From an uncultured Gammaproteobacteria bacterium (GTDB lineage: Bacteria > Patescibacteriota > Microgenomatia > UBA1406), in NCBI GenBank assembly GCA_964414145.1, contig CAYPVH010000001.1, positions 220,851 to 284,850 of the forward strand: a stretch of DNA of 64,000 bases, given 5' to 3'. Both the position numbers and the translations under genes were made by a program. Below, piece after piece: positions 45,329 to 53,877 of this stretch (its first letter is position 1; every line of letters begins with the position of its first letter). The notes beneath the pieces were generated by a model. It had not been told where the DNA came from. It did not search any database and saw only the letters and a list, made by a program, of their open reading frames with translations.

Positions 45329-47059
45329 ATGTTATTTTTTACGCTTGCTCAAACCCTGGATTTTCTTGAAAATACCGTATCCCGATTGGAAATGACAGAG
45401 CTTTTAGCTACCCTATTTCAAAAAGCCACACCTACCGAAATTAAAAATATCTGTTATTTACTTCAGGGTAGGGTAACCCCACTTTACAAGAAACAAGAAT
45501 TTGGTATGGCAGAAAGGCTGGTATTAAAAGCCTTTGTTTCGGCTTTTTCACTTAATATTCAAGATGCCAGAAAGCGATATAAAACAATTGGTGATATTGG
45601 TAAAACTGCCGAGGAATACCGAAAAACGTCGCAAAGCTTATTTCAAACTGCTGACGACTTGGAAATTGATCAAGTTTTTAAAGAATTAGTAACTCTTTCA
45701 CTGCTTGAAGGTGTGGGTTCGCAAGACAAGAAGATAGCGATTACCACTAATTTGTTACAAAGCTTGCGACCGGTTTCAGTACGTTTTTTAACCAGAATAC
45801 TAGCTGGGAAACTTCGGCTTGGTTTTTCAGAAATGACTTTGCTAGACGCATTTTCCTGGATGCTAATTGGTAATAAAAGCCTAAGAAAAAAAATAGAACA
45901 AGCATACAATGTTTTTCCCGATATTGGATTTATTGGGCAAAAACTAAAGGCTGGCGGGATTGAATCTATTAGTAAAATTGAACCGGTTATTGGTATTCCT
46001 ATACTAATGGCTAAGGCCGAGAGAGTGTCAACTCCAGAAGAAATAATCGAAAAAATTGGGGAATGTGCGGTTGAACCAAAATTTGATGGTTTTCGACTAC
46101 AATTGCACAAAGATCATGACAAAATTACCATATATTCTCGAAATTTGGAAAATATTACTTTTATGTATCCTGATTTGGTCGAAGCCATGAAAACAGAAGT
46201 GAGCGCAGATAGGGTAATTATAGAAGGCGAGGCGGTTGGTTATAACAAAGAAACGCAAGAATTTTTGCCATTTCAAGAAACGGCACAACGGAAAAGAAAA
46301 TACGACATTCAAAAATATAGCAAAGCCATTCCTTTAAAACTGTTTGTTTTTGATCTGCTTTATATAAATAACCAGTCATATATCAATAAACAGTATACAG
46401 AAAGAAAAGCCAAGTTAGAGTCTGTTGTAAGGAATGGTACAGCAATAATATCAATAGCCAAAGAACAAATTGTTAAGCATCCACAAGAACTTGTAGCTCT
46501 TTTTGAAAAGGCTAGTGAAGAAGGGTTGGAAGGGGTAATCGCAAAAAAATTAACTGGACTGTATCAAGCAGGGGCGAGGGCTTGGAACTGGATCAAATTT
46601 AAGCATAGTTATTCTTCTAAATTAACCGATACAATCGATTGTTTGGTAATGGGTTATGACTATGGCAAAGGTAAAAGAGCAGTTTTTGGCATTGGCGCTT
46701 TTTTAGTTGGCGTTTACAATAAAGAAAAAGATGAGTTTGTAACTGTAGCAAAAATAGGTACTGGATTAACTGACGACGAATGGCGTCGAATAAAAAAAGA
46801 AGCTTATGACCAACGGCTTACAAATAAACCGGTCAATTATATTGTTAATAAACAAATGGAAGTAGATGTTTGGACTAGTCCCAAAATTGTTGTAGAAATT
46901 AGGGCAGACGAAATATCAAAATCAACTGTTCACACTGCCGGATACGCTCTGCGATTTCCTCGACTAGAAAGATTCAGAACAGACAAGAAACCAAACGATA
47001 TTACCACCAAAATAGAAATTATTTCAATGCTTAAAGCACAGAAGCGACTTTCATTGTAG
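45329..47059 (+). CDS. ATP-dependent DNA ligase (archaeal/eukaryal type)
   Basis: Adenylation motif I EPKFDGFR, motifs EGEAV, LFVFDLL and EGVIAKK, and an OB domain with ALRFPRLERFRTDK. Confidence 0.85.
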   Translation: MLFFTLAQTLDFLENTVSRLEMTELLATLFQKATPTEIKNICYLLQGRVTPLYKKQEFGMAERLVLKAFVSAFSLNIQDARKRYKTIGDIGKTAEEYRKTSQSLFQTADDLEIDQVFKELVTLSLLEGVGSQDKKIAITTNLLQSLRPVSVRFLTRILAGKLRLGFSEMTLLDAFSWMLIGNKSLRKKIEQAYNVFPDIGFIGQKLKAGGIESISKIEPVIGIPILMAKAERVSTPEEIIEKIGECAVEPKFDGFRLQLHKDHDKITIYSRNLENITFMYPDLVEAMKTEVSADRVIIEGEAVGYNKETQEFLPFQETAQRKRKYDIQKYSKAIPLKLFVFDLLYINNQSYINKQYTERKAKLESVVRNGTAIISIAKEQIVKHPQELVALFEKASEEGLEGVIAKKLTGLYQAGARAWNWIKFKHSYSSKLTDTIDCLVMGYDYGKGKRAVFGIGAFLVGVYNKEKDEFVTVAKIGTGLTDDEWRRIKKEAYDQRLTNKPVNYIVNKQMEVDVWTSPKIVVEIRADEISKSTVHTAGYALRFPRLERFRTDKKPNDITTKIEIISMLKAQKRLSL

Positions 47060-47070
47060 AATAGATAATT

Positions 47071-47790
47071 ATGACTTCATTTTCGATATTGACACATAAT
47101 CTATTATTTGGCCAAGCAATAGATAGTTTGGTTATCTATCTAAAAAAATATAAGCCAGAAATAGTTTGTTTACAAGAATTTAAAGTAGAACCTGAAGAGA
47201 TTGCTAAAGTAGAAAGTTGTGGTTATAAATTAGCTGATTATTCCCATTCTTTTTTTCGTATGTTTAAATTTTACTCTGTTGCTACTTTTTATAATCCAAA
47301 AATTGTTAAACATAAAAATGGTGAATCATTAAGTTTGGCAAGTGGAGCGTACGAAGTCTTATTATATTTACTAAAAGTTAGTAAAACTAAAAGAACAGCA
47401 CTTAGTAATAAATTTATACTTAGAAATGGGAAAACCATTAATGTATGCAATCTTCACTTAACTCCCCTAACCGGAACAAACAAAACTCGAACAAAACAAC
47501 TTACTTCAACTCTTAATCACTTTCACTCAGAATCTAACAGATCGATTATTGTTGGTGATTTCAATTTTCCTTATAGAAGAAAAGCTCTAGAGAAAATATT
47601 TTTTGATAAAGGTTTTAAAGAGGCAACAGATAATATCTTCTATACTTATAAGGAAAAATATTTTGGATTATTTACTTTTAAGGGTAAATATGACTACATT
47701 TTTTTTAAAGGGGTTAATAAAAAGGGGTTAATTAGATTAGCTCAAAACAACTCAGATCATTTTCCGCTTCTTGCTAAATTTACAGTTTAG
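47071..47790 (+). CDS. Endonuclease/exonuclease/phosphatase (EEP) family protein
   Basis: Carries CLQEF near the N-terminus, VGDFNF, and C-terminal NSDHFPLLAKF. Confidence 0.7.
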   Translation: MTSFSILTHNLLFGQAIDSLVIYLKKYKPEIVCLQEFKVEPEEIAKVESCGYKLADYSHSFFRMFKFYSVATFYNPKIVKHKNGESLSLASGAYEVLLYLLKVSKTKRTALSNKFILRNGKTINVCNLHLTPLTGTNKTRTKQLTSTLNHFHSESNRSIIVGDFNFPYRRKALEKIFFDKGFKEATDNIFYTYKEKYFGLFTFKGKYDYIFFKGVNKKGLIRLAQNNSDHFPLLAKFTV

Positions 47791-47909
47791 AGTTATTCCA
47801 AAGTTATCCACATTTAATATTAATATCTATAAATAGCCTTGTAATAGGGCAATACAAAACAAAATAACTATAGGGTGACTTATAATAAACAACAAAATTG
47901 CTATAGGTC

Positions 47910-47938
47910 TTGACAGTTGGTAAATCAGCAGGTAAACT
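47910..47938 (+). promoter_or_regulatory. Near-consensus sigma70-type promoter
   Basis: TTGACA, a 17-nt spacer, then TAAACT, ending 11 nt before a 43-codon ORF. Confidence 0.4.
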
Positions 47939-47949
47939 AGTGACTAGGA

Positions 47950-48081
47950 ATGAAAAAAGAGGTAAAGAAAATAACAACAATTAAGATTGGAAGTAAACAG
48001 ATAGTTAGGGATCAGTTTAAAACTGAACTTAAAAAACTTATTGGTCTGGGGCAAAAATTACCCTTACAAAGAATTACATAA
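47950..48081 (+). CDS. Small basic hypothetical protein (43 aa)
   Basis: MKKEVKKITTIKIGSKQIVRDQFKTELKKLIGLGQKLPLQRIT*. It is below the track cutoff and is supported only by the upstream promoter-like sequence. Confidence 0.3.
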   Translation: MKKEVKKITTIKIGSKQIVRDQFKTELKKLIGLGQKLPLQRIT

Positions 48082-48129
48082 AAAAAGAGCATTACTACCG
48101 CTCGCGGGGGCTGCGACGTATAGTAATGC
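48081..48129 (-). terminator. Rho-independent terminator closing the minus-strand tRNA-Ser(GCU)/GIY-YIG unit
   Basis: The minus strand reads GCATTACTA-(GC-rich 23 nt)-TAGTAATGC followed by TCTTTTTTT. Confidence 0.55.
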
Positions 48130-48343
48130 CCTAGTTATTCTGAATTGTACTAAATTAGATTTTTTTGTCAAATTAATTTTACTCAAAATATTCCTATTCT
48201 TATTATTGTAGGTATCGTTATTGACCAGTTAAGAACGAATTTTGTTTACGCTCTTAATCGGTAGACTTTGTCTCGCCGTAGCCGAGCTTCAGCGAGGCGA
48301 ACCCTGCTTTCGCTTTTATCAGGCGGACTTTGTCTCGCCGTAG

Positions 48344-48681
48344 ATTGTAAATTCGCCCGCCGTATTCGTGAACTTAGTATTTGAAAAAATGTTTCTTCAT
48401 AAACGCCCTACCAGAACCAGACTTTAAATATTTTTCAAATTTAAAAGCTGTAATTTCTTTATCAAATGCAAAGTATAGTTTCAGAGCTACTGGTGTTCTA
48501 TTTTTGGTTGCCTCAATGTAATTACTGTTATGCATTTGTAATCTGTCTTTTAGGTTATTTGTACATCCAATATATGTTCTGTTGTCATTACAAATAAGAA
48601 CATAAACGTAGTACATGGAATAATTGTAGCGGATTTGTATCGCTAAGCCTCAATAAATTTTGACTTTTTTTAGACAAAATT
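48344..48681 (-). mobile_element. 338-nt cassette carrying GIY-YIG copy 3, inserted in the loop of a repeat-unit hairpin
   Basis: Its boundaries are defined by where unit 2 departs from units 1 and 3 (after TTCGCCTC and before CTACGGCGAGAC). It contains a 5' hairpin GCCTCAAT…ATTGAGGC, a TACAAT box, the ORF and a 30-nt 3' tail. Confidence 0.55.
48374..48616 (-). CDS. GIY-YIG nuclease family protein (small, URI-domain only), copy 3
   Basis: MYYVYVLICNDNRTYIGCTNNLKDRLQMHN…E. TACAAT lies 6 nt before the ATG and there is no SD. Confidence 0.7.
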   Translation of the reverse strand: MYYVYVLICNDNRTYIGCTNNLKDRLQMHNSNYIEATKNRTPVALKLYFAFDKEITAFKFEKYLKSGSGRAFMKKHFFKY

Positions 48682-48753
48682 GAGGCGAATCCCGCTTTCG
48701 CTTTTATCAGGCGGACTTTGTCTCGCCGTAGCCGAGCTTCAGCGAGGCGAAGG

Positions 48754-48839
48754 CGGAGGAGGTGGGATTTGAACCCACGTGAGCCAAAAGGCTCGCAGGT
48801 TTAGCAAACCTGTGCAATGGACCACTATGCGACTCCTCC
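48754..48839 (-). tRNA. tRNA-Ser (anticodon GCU), class II
   Basis: GGAGGAG-TC-GCA…TGC-A-CAGGT-TTGCTAA-ACCTG-(17-nt variable arm)-GTGGG-TTCAAAT-CCCAC-CTCCTCC-G, followed by CC. Confidence 0.9.
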
Positions 48840-48856
48840 AATGAACCTGCCTTTTA

Positions 48857-48862
48857 ATTATA
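48857..48862 (-). promoter_or_regulatory. -10 box (TATAAT) for tRNA-Ser(GCU), duplicated at 49068-49073
   Basis: On the minus strand TATAAT is separated from tRNA nucleotide 1 by 17 nt. The same hexamer sits in the 85-nt duplicate. Confidence 0.4.
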
Positions 48863-48889
48863 ACCCAAAGCCCCTTTCGGTTTAGTCCC

Positions 48890-48979
48890 GAAAAACTTTC
48901 TCAACGGAACGTTGAGATTAGTTTTCGGGATCCCGAAGTACTAAACCCGATGAGTTTCATCGGGAAGTTACTTCTGGGA
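48890..48979 (-). mobile_element. 90-nt structured spacer or mini-element between the two copies of the tRNA-Ser 5' region
   Basis: The minus strand reads TCCCAGAAGTAAC-(hairpin CCCGATGAAACTCATCGGG)-TTTAGTACTTCGGGATCCCG, then the hairpin GAAAAC-TAATCTCAACG-TTC-CGTTGAGAAA-GTTTTTC. Its ends resemble those of the tRNA-Tyr and tRNA-Gly elements. Confidence 0.55.
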
Positions 48980-49100
48980 CAAACCTGTGCAATGGACCAC
49001 TACCTGCCCGCATTGCTATGCAAAGCGTTGCAGGCGGGTGCGACTCCTCCAATGAACCTGCCTTTTAATTATAACCCAAAGCCCCTTTCGGTTTAGTCCC
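48980..49100 (-). pseudogene. Duplicate of the promoter plus tRNA-Ser(GCU) nucleotides 1-34, with a 36-nt insertion in the D-loop
   Basis: Identical over 85/85 nt to 48805-48889 apart from the insertion at 49003-49038 (plus strand cctgcccgcattgctatgcaaagcgttgcaggcggg). It ends after G34 and joins TCCCAG. Confidence 0.75.
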
Positions 49101-49189
49101 TTATAACTTTCTTAGCACAGATATTATACTAAATGGAATAGTCACACTTAAGTGAAAATTAACTTAATTGTATTCCGTATAATAAGTTT

Positions 49190-49981
49190 ATGCAGAAATA
49201 TTGGCAGATATTTAAAACATCATTAAAACAGTATCTGGTTTACAGACTAAGTTTTGTACTTTGGCGCTTGCGTTTGGTTTTAAGTTTATTGCTTGTTTAT
49301 TTTCTCTGGTCTTCCGCTTTTACTGGAAGGCAGCAAGTATTTTCTTACAGTTTAGCCCAAATGAGTAGTTATGTAATTTTAGTGCACTTGGCTGGTGATA
49401 TTGTTTTCTCTAGTCGTGTTGGTGATCTGGCCGGTTATATACGCGACGGTACTATCATGAACTATTTACTTAAGCCATTTTCAATTTTTCATACTATGTT
49501 TGGAAGAGAAATTGTCGACAAGATTATTAACATCTGTTTTTCTGTTATTGAAATATTAATTCTTGTTTGGTTGTTAAAACCCAGTTTGGTTATCCAACTA
49601 AATCCGTTAGTATACGCCCTAATGTTTGGCGCGATATTATTAGGAGTGATTATTTCATATTTTATCTTTTTCTCTTTGTCTTCTATTGCTTTTTGGACAC
49701 CAGAAGTTTGGGCGCCTCGCTTTGTTTTTTTTGTGTTAATTTCCGGTTTGGCTGGCGGCTATTACCCACTAGATATTTTCCCCAAAACAGTCTATTATGC
49801 ACTGCTGTTTACACCTTTCCCTTATTTGGTATATTTACCGGCTAAGATATATATCGAAGGTGTTAGTTTGTCGCTTTTTCCCCTATTTACCGGAGCCTTA
49901 TTTTGGGCAATTTTATCAATTATAGTAGCTAAAGCCATTTGGAGAAAAGGTTTAGCCGAGTATAGTTTTTTTGGCAAATGA
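49190..49981 (+). CDS. ABC-2-type transporter permease
   Basis: 263 aa with 6 TM helices. It is translationally coupled (ATGA overlap) to a similar permease. Confidence 0.55.
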   Translation: MQKYWQIFKTSLKQYLVYRLSFVLWRLRLVLSLLLVYFLWSSAFTGRQQVFSYSLAQMSSYVILVHLAGDIVFSSRVGDLAGYIRDGTIMNYLLKPFSIFHTMFGREIVDKIINICFSVIEILILVWLLKPSLVIQLNPLVYALMFGAILLGVIISYFIFFSLSSIAFWTPEVWAPRFVFFVLISGLAGGYYPLDIFPKTVYYALLFTPFPYLVYLPAKIYIEGVSLSLFPLFTGALFWAILSIIVAKAIWRKGLAEYSFFGK

Positions 49982-50760
49982 AAAAAAACTTAAAAATTTT
50001 CTTTTTATTAAGTTTGTTTAGTATTAAAAGCTCGTTTCAACATAAAAGCGGTATTGTTTTCTTTTTGTTTGGAAAAATATTGCGATTTTTAATGTTTTTT
50101 CTGTTTGTTTATTACCTACTGTTAAATACTAAGCTTTTGGTTGGTTATAATTTGCCACAAACAATTGTATTTTTTTTAACATTCAACCTAATAGATACCT
50201 TAGCCCAGCTTCTTTTTAGGGAAGTGTATCGTTTTCGATCATTGGTTGTTTCGGGCGACTTGGATACAATACTGGTCAAGCCTTATAATTCCTTATTAAG
50301 AGTTTTACTCGGGGGAATAGATATTCTTGATTTGTTTCTGGTATTACCCTACGCTTTGCTGGTTACTTATTTTATTCTTCAAATTCCAATGCTTTCGGCC
50401 TTCTCCTTGTTTTTGTATTTAATCTTACTTATTAACGCCTTGTTTATTGCCGCCGGGCTGCACATTTTGGTACTTGCCTTGGGCATATTAACAACAGAAG
50501 TTGATCACACCGTTATGATTTACAGAGACTTAACCAAAATGGCAGCAATGCCGGTTGATATATATATAGAGCCTATTCGTAGTATAATTACATTTATTGT
50601 ACCCATTGGAATTATGATGACTTTTCCGGTTAAGGCACTGCTGGGGTTGTTAAATACACAATTTATATTGATTAGTTTGGGTTTTGGCTTAGTGTCAATG
50701 ATAGTCGGATTATTTTTTTGGAAAAAAGCTTTGGCAAAATATCAGAGCTGGGGAAGCTAA
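49978..50760 (+). CDS. ABC-2-type transporter permease (second subunit)
   Basis: 260 aa with 6 TM helices. It is paired with 49190-49981. Confidence 0.55.
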   Translation: MKKNLKIFFLLSLFSIKSSFQHKSGIVFFLFGKILRFLMFFLFVYYLLLNTKLLVGYNLPQTIVFFLTFNLIDTLAQLLFREVYRFRSLVVSGDLDTILVKPYNSLLRVLLGGIDILDLFLVLPYALLVTYFILQIPMLSAFSLFLYLILLINALFIAAGLHILVLALGILTTEVDHTVMIYRDLTKMAAMPVDIYIEPIRSIITFIVPIGIMMTFPVKALLGLLNTQFILISLGFGLVSMIVGLFFWKKALAKYQSWGS

Positions 50761-50843
50761 TAATAGTTTAAAATTTAAAGTTTATAGTTAAAAAATCAGA
50801 TTAAAAATTAATTCAGAGATAAGAATTAAAAATAAAAAAACTT

Positions 50844-50889
50844 GTCATCCTGAGCGAGTCCGCCTGAGGCGGACGAGTCGAAGGATCTC
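50844..50889 (+). repeat. REP-like hairpin element GTCATCCTGAGCGAG-TCCGCC-TGA-GGCGGA-CGAGTCGAAGGATCTC
   Basis: A 7-bp stem GTCCGCC/GGCGGAC sits inside TCCTGAG…TCGAAGGA flanks. A shorter TCCTGAG…TCGAAGGA version occurs at 41282-41300. Confidence 0.6.
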
Positions 50890-50931
50890 AAATAAGTTAA
50901 AATTTATCTATTAAAATAAAATTAATAAAGA

Positions 50932-51897
50932 ATGATAAAAATTAAAAATTTAAAAAAAGTTTACAGATCTATAGTTAAGCAAAATAATATAGTAGCAGAT
51001 TTCTTTTTTCGGAAACATGAGGAAATTGTTGCGGTAGATAATATTTCATTTGAAATTGAAAGGGGAGAGCTGGTAGGTTTTATTGGCCCAAATGGCGCTG
51101 GAAAAACAACAACGCTAAAAATGCTTTCCGGAATTTTGCACCCCACTTCAGGCAATATTGAAGTTTTAGGTTTTAGACCATTTACTAAAAAAGAAGCATT
51201 TTTAAAGCAAATCGCTTTTGTTATGGGCCAAAAAAATCAACTATTGTGGGAATTGCCCCCATCAGACAGCTTTCAACTGAATAAAGTAATTTATGAAATT
51301 GATGATATAGCATATAGGATGCAACTTCAAGAGTTGGTAGAGCTGATGGAAGCGGAAAAGTTGATTAATCAGCCAACCCGTAGTTTGTCACTCGGGCAGC
51401 GGATGAGAGTAGAATTTATAGCCTCACTTTTGCATAAACCGAAAGTGTTATTTTTAGATGAGCCAACTATTGGTCTAGATATTTTTGCCCAAACTCATAT
51501 TATTGATTTTATCCGGAAGTACCAAAAAAAGTATCATTCAACCATAATTTTAACTTCTCATTACATGAAAGATATTCAACGCCTGGCTGAACGAATAATT
51601 TTAATAAACAAGGGCAAAATATTGTTTGATGGCAAACTGTCTACATTGGTAACAAAATATGCCAGAGAAAAAGAAATGCAAATTGTATTAAAAAAGCCGG
51701 TAGAAGAACCTTTGTTGAAAAGATTGAATATTGAATATAATTATGTTTTTCCAATTCTTAAACTAAAAGCCAAGAAAGACAAATTGCTAAAGTTAATGCA
51801 GTCGTTTTTACTAGACCTTGAATTTTCCGACTTTACACTAGAGGACGAACCAATTGAAGAAACAATAAAGCGGGCTTTAGTAGAAAACGAGAAATAA
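50932..51897 (+). CDS. ABC transporter ATP-binding protein
   Basis: Walker A GPNGAGKTT, signature LSLGQRMR, Walker B VLFLDEPT. Confidence 0.85.
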   Translation: MIKIKNLKKVYRSIVKQNNIVADFFFRKHEEIVAVDNISFEIERGELVGFIGPNGAGKTTTLKMLSGILHPTSGNIEVLGFRPFTKKEAFLKQIAFVMGQKNQLLWELPPSDSFQLNKVIYEIDDIAYRMQLQELVELMEAEKLINQPTRSLSLGQRMRVEFIASLLHKPKVLFLDEPTIGLDIFAQTHIIDFIRKYQKKYHSTIILTSHYMKDIQRLAERIILINKGKILFDGKLSTLVTKYAREKEMQIVLKKPVEEPLLKRLNIEYNYVFPILKLKAKKDKLLKLMQSFLLDLEFSDFTLEDEPIEETIKRALVENEK

Positions 51898-51947
51898 ATA
51901 TTAAGAGTAGCTTTGTTTTATTAATAATTAGCGGTACAATACAAGCA

Positions 51948-53162
51948 ATGAATAAAAAAAGAATTGAACCAAGAACACTTAAGGGATTTCGGGATTTTTT
52001 TCCGGAAGATGTGTACAAAAGAAATTATGCAATTTCAATAATTAAAGCTGTTTTTGAACGTTGGGGTTTTGTTCCAATTGAAACTCCGGCAATTGAATAT
52101 TTGGAAGTGTTTACCGGAAATGTTGGCGAGGATGAAAAATTATTCTATAAATTTACCGATGAGGGTGATCGACAAGTTGCTTTAAGATATGATCAAACTG
52201 TTCCAACATGCAGATTTATTGCTGAACATTATTCTAAACTAACCTTTCCTTTTAAGCGTTATCAAATTCAAACTGTTTGGAGAGCAGAAAAACCACAAAA
52301 AGGTAGATTTAGAGAATTTTTACAATGTGATGGTGATATATTTGGGCTTAACAATTCAGAATCAGATGCTGAGGTTGTTGCCCTTACCATAGATATATTT
52401 AAACAACTGGGCTTTAAATCTCCCAAAGCACTAATTAATGACAGAGAGCTGTATAAAGGTATTCCTTACAAAGCAATTGTTGCCATTGATAAGCTTGAAA
52501 AAATTGGTAAAGCAGGAGTAATCCGAGAACTTGAAAAGAAAGGTTATACAAACAATGAGGCTAAACAATTATTTAGTAAAGTTGAACAACAAGAACCAAA
52601 TAACAATCTAAAAGAGATTTTTAAGTATTTAGACAATTATGGTTTTAATAATTATTATCAATTTAAACCGACCTTGGCACGCTCTTTTTCCTATTCAACA
52701 GGAACAATATGGGAGATTGAAGTTAAAGAATTTAGTGCTGGTTCATTAGCCGGCTGTGAACGTTTTGACAGCCTTGTTTCTCGTTTTTCCAACAAAGAGG
52801 TTCCCGGCGTGGGCTTTGCTATTGGTTTTGACAGAACAATAGAGGCAATGACCGAACTTAATTTATTTCCAGATTTTGTAGCAAAAACAAAAGTGTTGGT
52901 AACGGTTTTTTCAAAAAACACAGTTAAAAAATCATTAAAAATAGTGAAACAACTTAGAGACGCAAGAATTAATAGTGAAATATTTTCAAATCCTGAAGAA
53001 AAATTAAGTAATCAGCTAAAATACGCCAATAAACGGCAAATTCCATTTGTAATAATAATTGGCGACGAAGAAATAAAGGCCGGTAAGGTAGCTGTTAAAA
53101 ATATGCAAAGTGGAGAACAAACTTTACTATCTGAATCCGATTTAGTAGACTTTTTGAACTAA
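51948..53162 (+). CDS. hisS: Histidine--tRNA ligase
   Basis: Carries LKGFRDFFPED, class II motifs (FKRYQIQTVWRAEKPQKGRFREFLQCD, GFAIGFDR) and an anticodon-binding domain. Confidence 0.9.
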   Translation: MNKKRIEPRTLKGFRDFFPEDVYKRNYAISIIKAVFERWGFVPIETPAIEYLEVFTGNVGEDEKLFYKFTDEGDRQVALRYDQTVPTCRFIAEHYSKLTFPFKRYQIQTVWRAEKPQKGRFREFLQCDGDIFGLNNSESDAEVVALTIDIFKQLGFKSPKALINDRELYKGIPYKAIVAIDKLEKIGKAGVIRELEKKGYTNNEAKQLFSKVEQQEPNNNLKEIFKYLDNYGFNNYYQFKPTLARSFSYSTGTIWEIEVKEFSAGSLAGCERFDSLVSRFSNKEVPGVGFAIGFDRTIEAMTELNLFPDFVAKTKVLVTVFSKNTVKKSLKIVKQLRDARINSEIFSNPEEKLSNQLKYANKRQIPFVIIIGDEEIKAGKVAVKNMQSGEQTLLSESDLVDFLN

Positions 53163-53180
53163 TAAAAATAGCAAGTGCAA

Positions 53181-53849
53181 ATGAAAAAAGATAATGTTTT
53201 TTATGGCCAAACATACATTAATGGATTAAAACGGGTACTTGATATATCCTTGTCTCTTCTTTTAATGATTATTTTTATTCCTGTAAGTTTAGTTGTGGCG
53301 CTTTTGATTGTATTAACATCTGAAGGGCCAATCTTTGCCGATACTCCCGAAAGAGTTGGTCGTAAAGGGGTTTTATTCAAAATGTTCAAGTTCAGATCGA
53401 TGATTAAGAATGCTCATATTATATTGAGAACAGACCCAAAGTTAAAAGAACTTTATCAGAAATACAAAAGAGGAAGTTATAAGCTATATAATGACCCGCG
53501 GGTTACTTATTTTGGCAAGATTATACGTAAGTATTCACTCGACGAAGTGCCGCAATTACTCAATGTTATAAAAGGTGATATGAGTATTGTTGGGCCTCGA
53601 GCTTACTATTCTGACGAAATAAAAGAACAGTTAAAAAAACACCCAAAGGCAGGTAGATACTTAAAAATAGTCCAAAATGTAAAGCCAGGTATTACCGGTT
53701 TTTGGCAAGTTTATGGGCGTAGTGAGGTTCATTTTGATAAACGAATAAAAATGGATGCTGACTATGTTGAAAACATTTCTTTTTGGTATGATATTAAGAT
53801 TATTTTAAAAACGCCCTGGGCTATGATTAGCGGCAAAGGGGCGGTATAG
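53181..53849 (+). CDS. Polyprenyl-phosphate sugar phosphotransferase (bacterial sugar transferase family)
   Basis: Carries KRVLDISLSLLL…(TM), FKFRSM, DEVPQLLNVIKGDMSIVGPRA. Confidence 0.85.
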   Translation: MKKDNVFYGQTYINGLKRVLDISLSLLLMIIFIPVSLVVALLIVLTSEGPIFADTPERVGRKGVLFKMFKFRSMIKNAHIILRTDPKLKELYQKYKRGSYKLYNDPRVTYFGKIIRKYSLDEVPQLLNVIKGDMSIVGPRAYYSDEIKEQLKKHPKAGRYLKIVQNVKPGITGFWQVYGRSEVHFDKRIKMDADYVENISFWYDIKIILKTPWAMISGKGAV

Positions 53850-53877
53850 GGTTACAAATTTAGAAAAAAAATTCAAA

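Larger units (their letters stand above)
48264..48751 (-). repeat. 62-nt tandem hairpin repeat (about 2.6 units), interrupted in unit 2 by the GIY-YIG cassette
   Basis: The minus-strand unit is TTCGCCTCGCTGAAGCTCGG-CTACGGCGAGACAAAGTC-CGCCTGATAAAAGCGAAAGCGGGA. Unit 1 directly follows the tRNA. Unit 2 has its 12-nt loop segment replaced by 338 nt. Unit 3 is partial. Confidence 0.8.
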
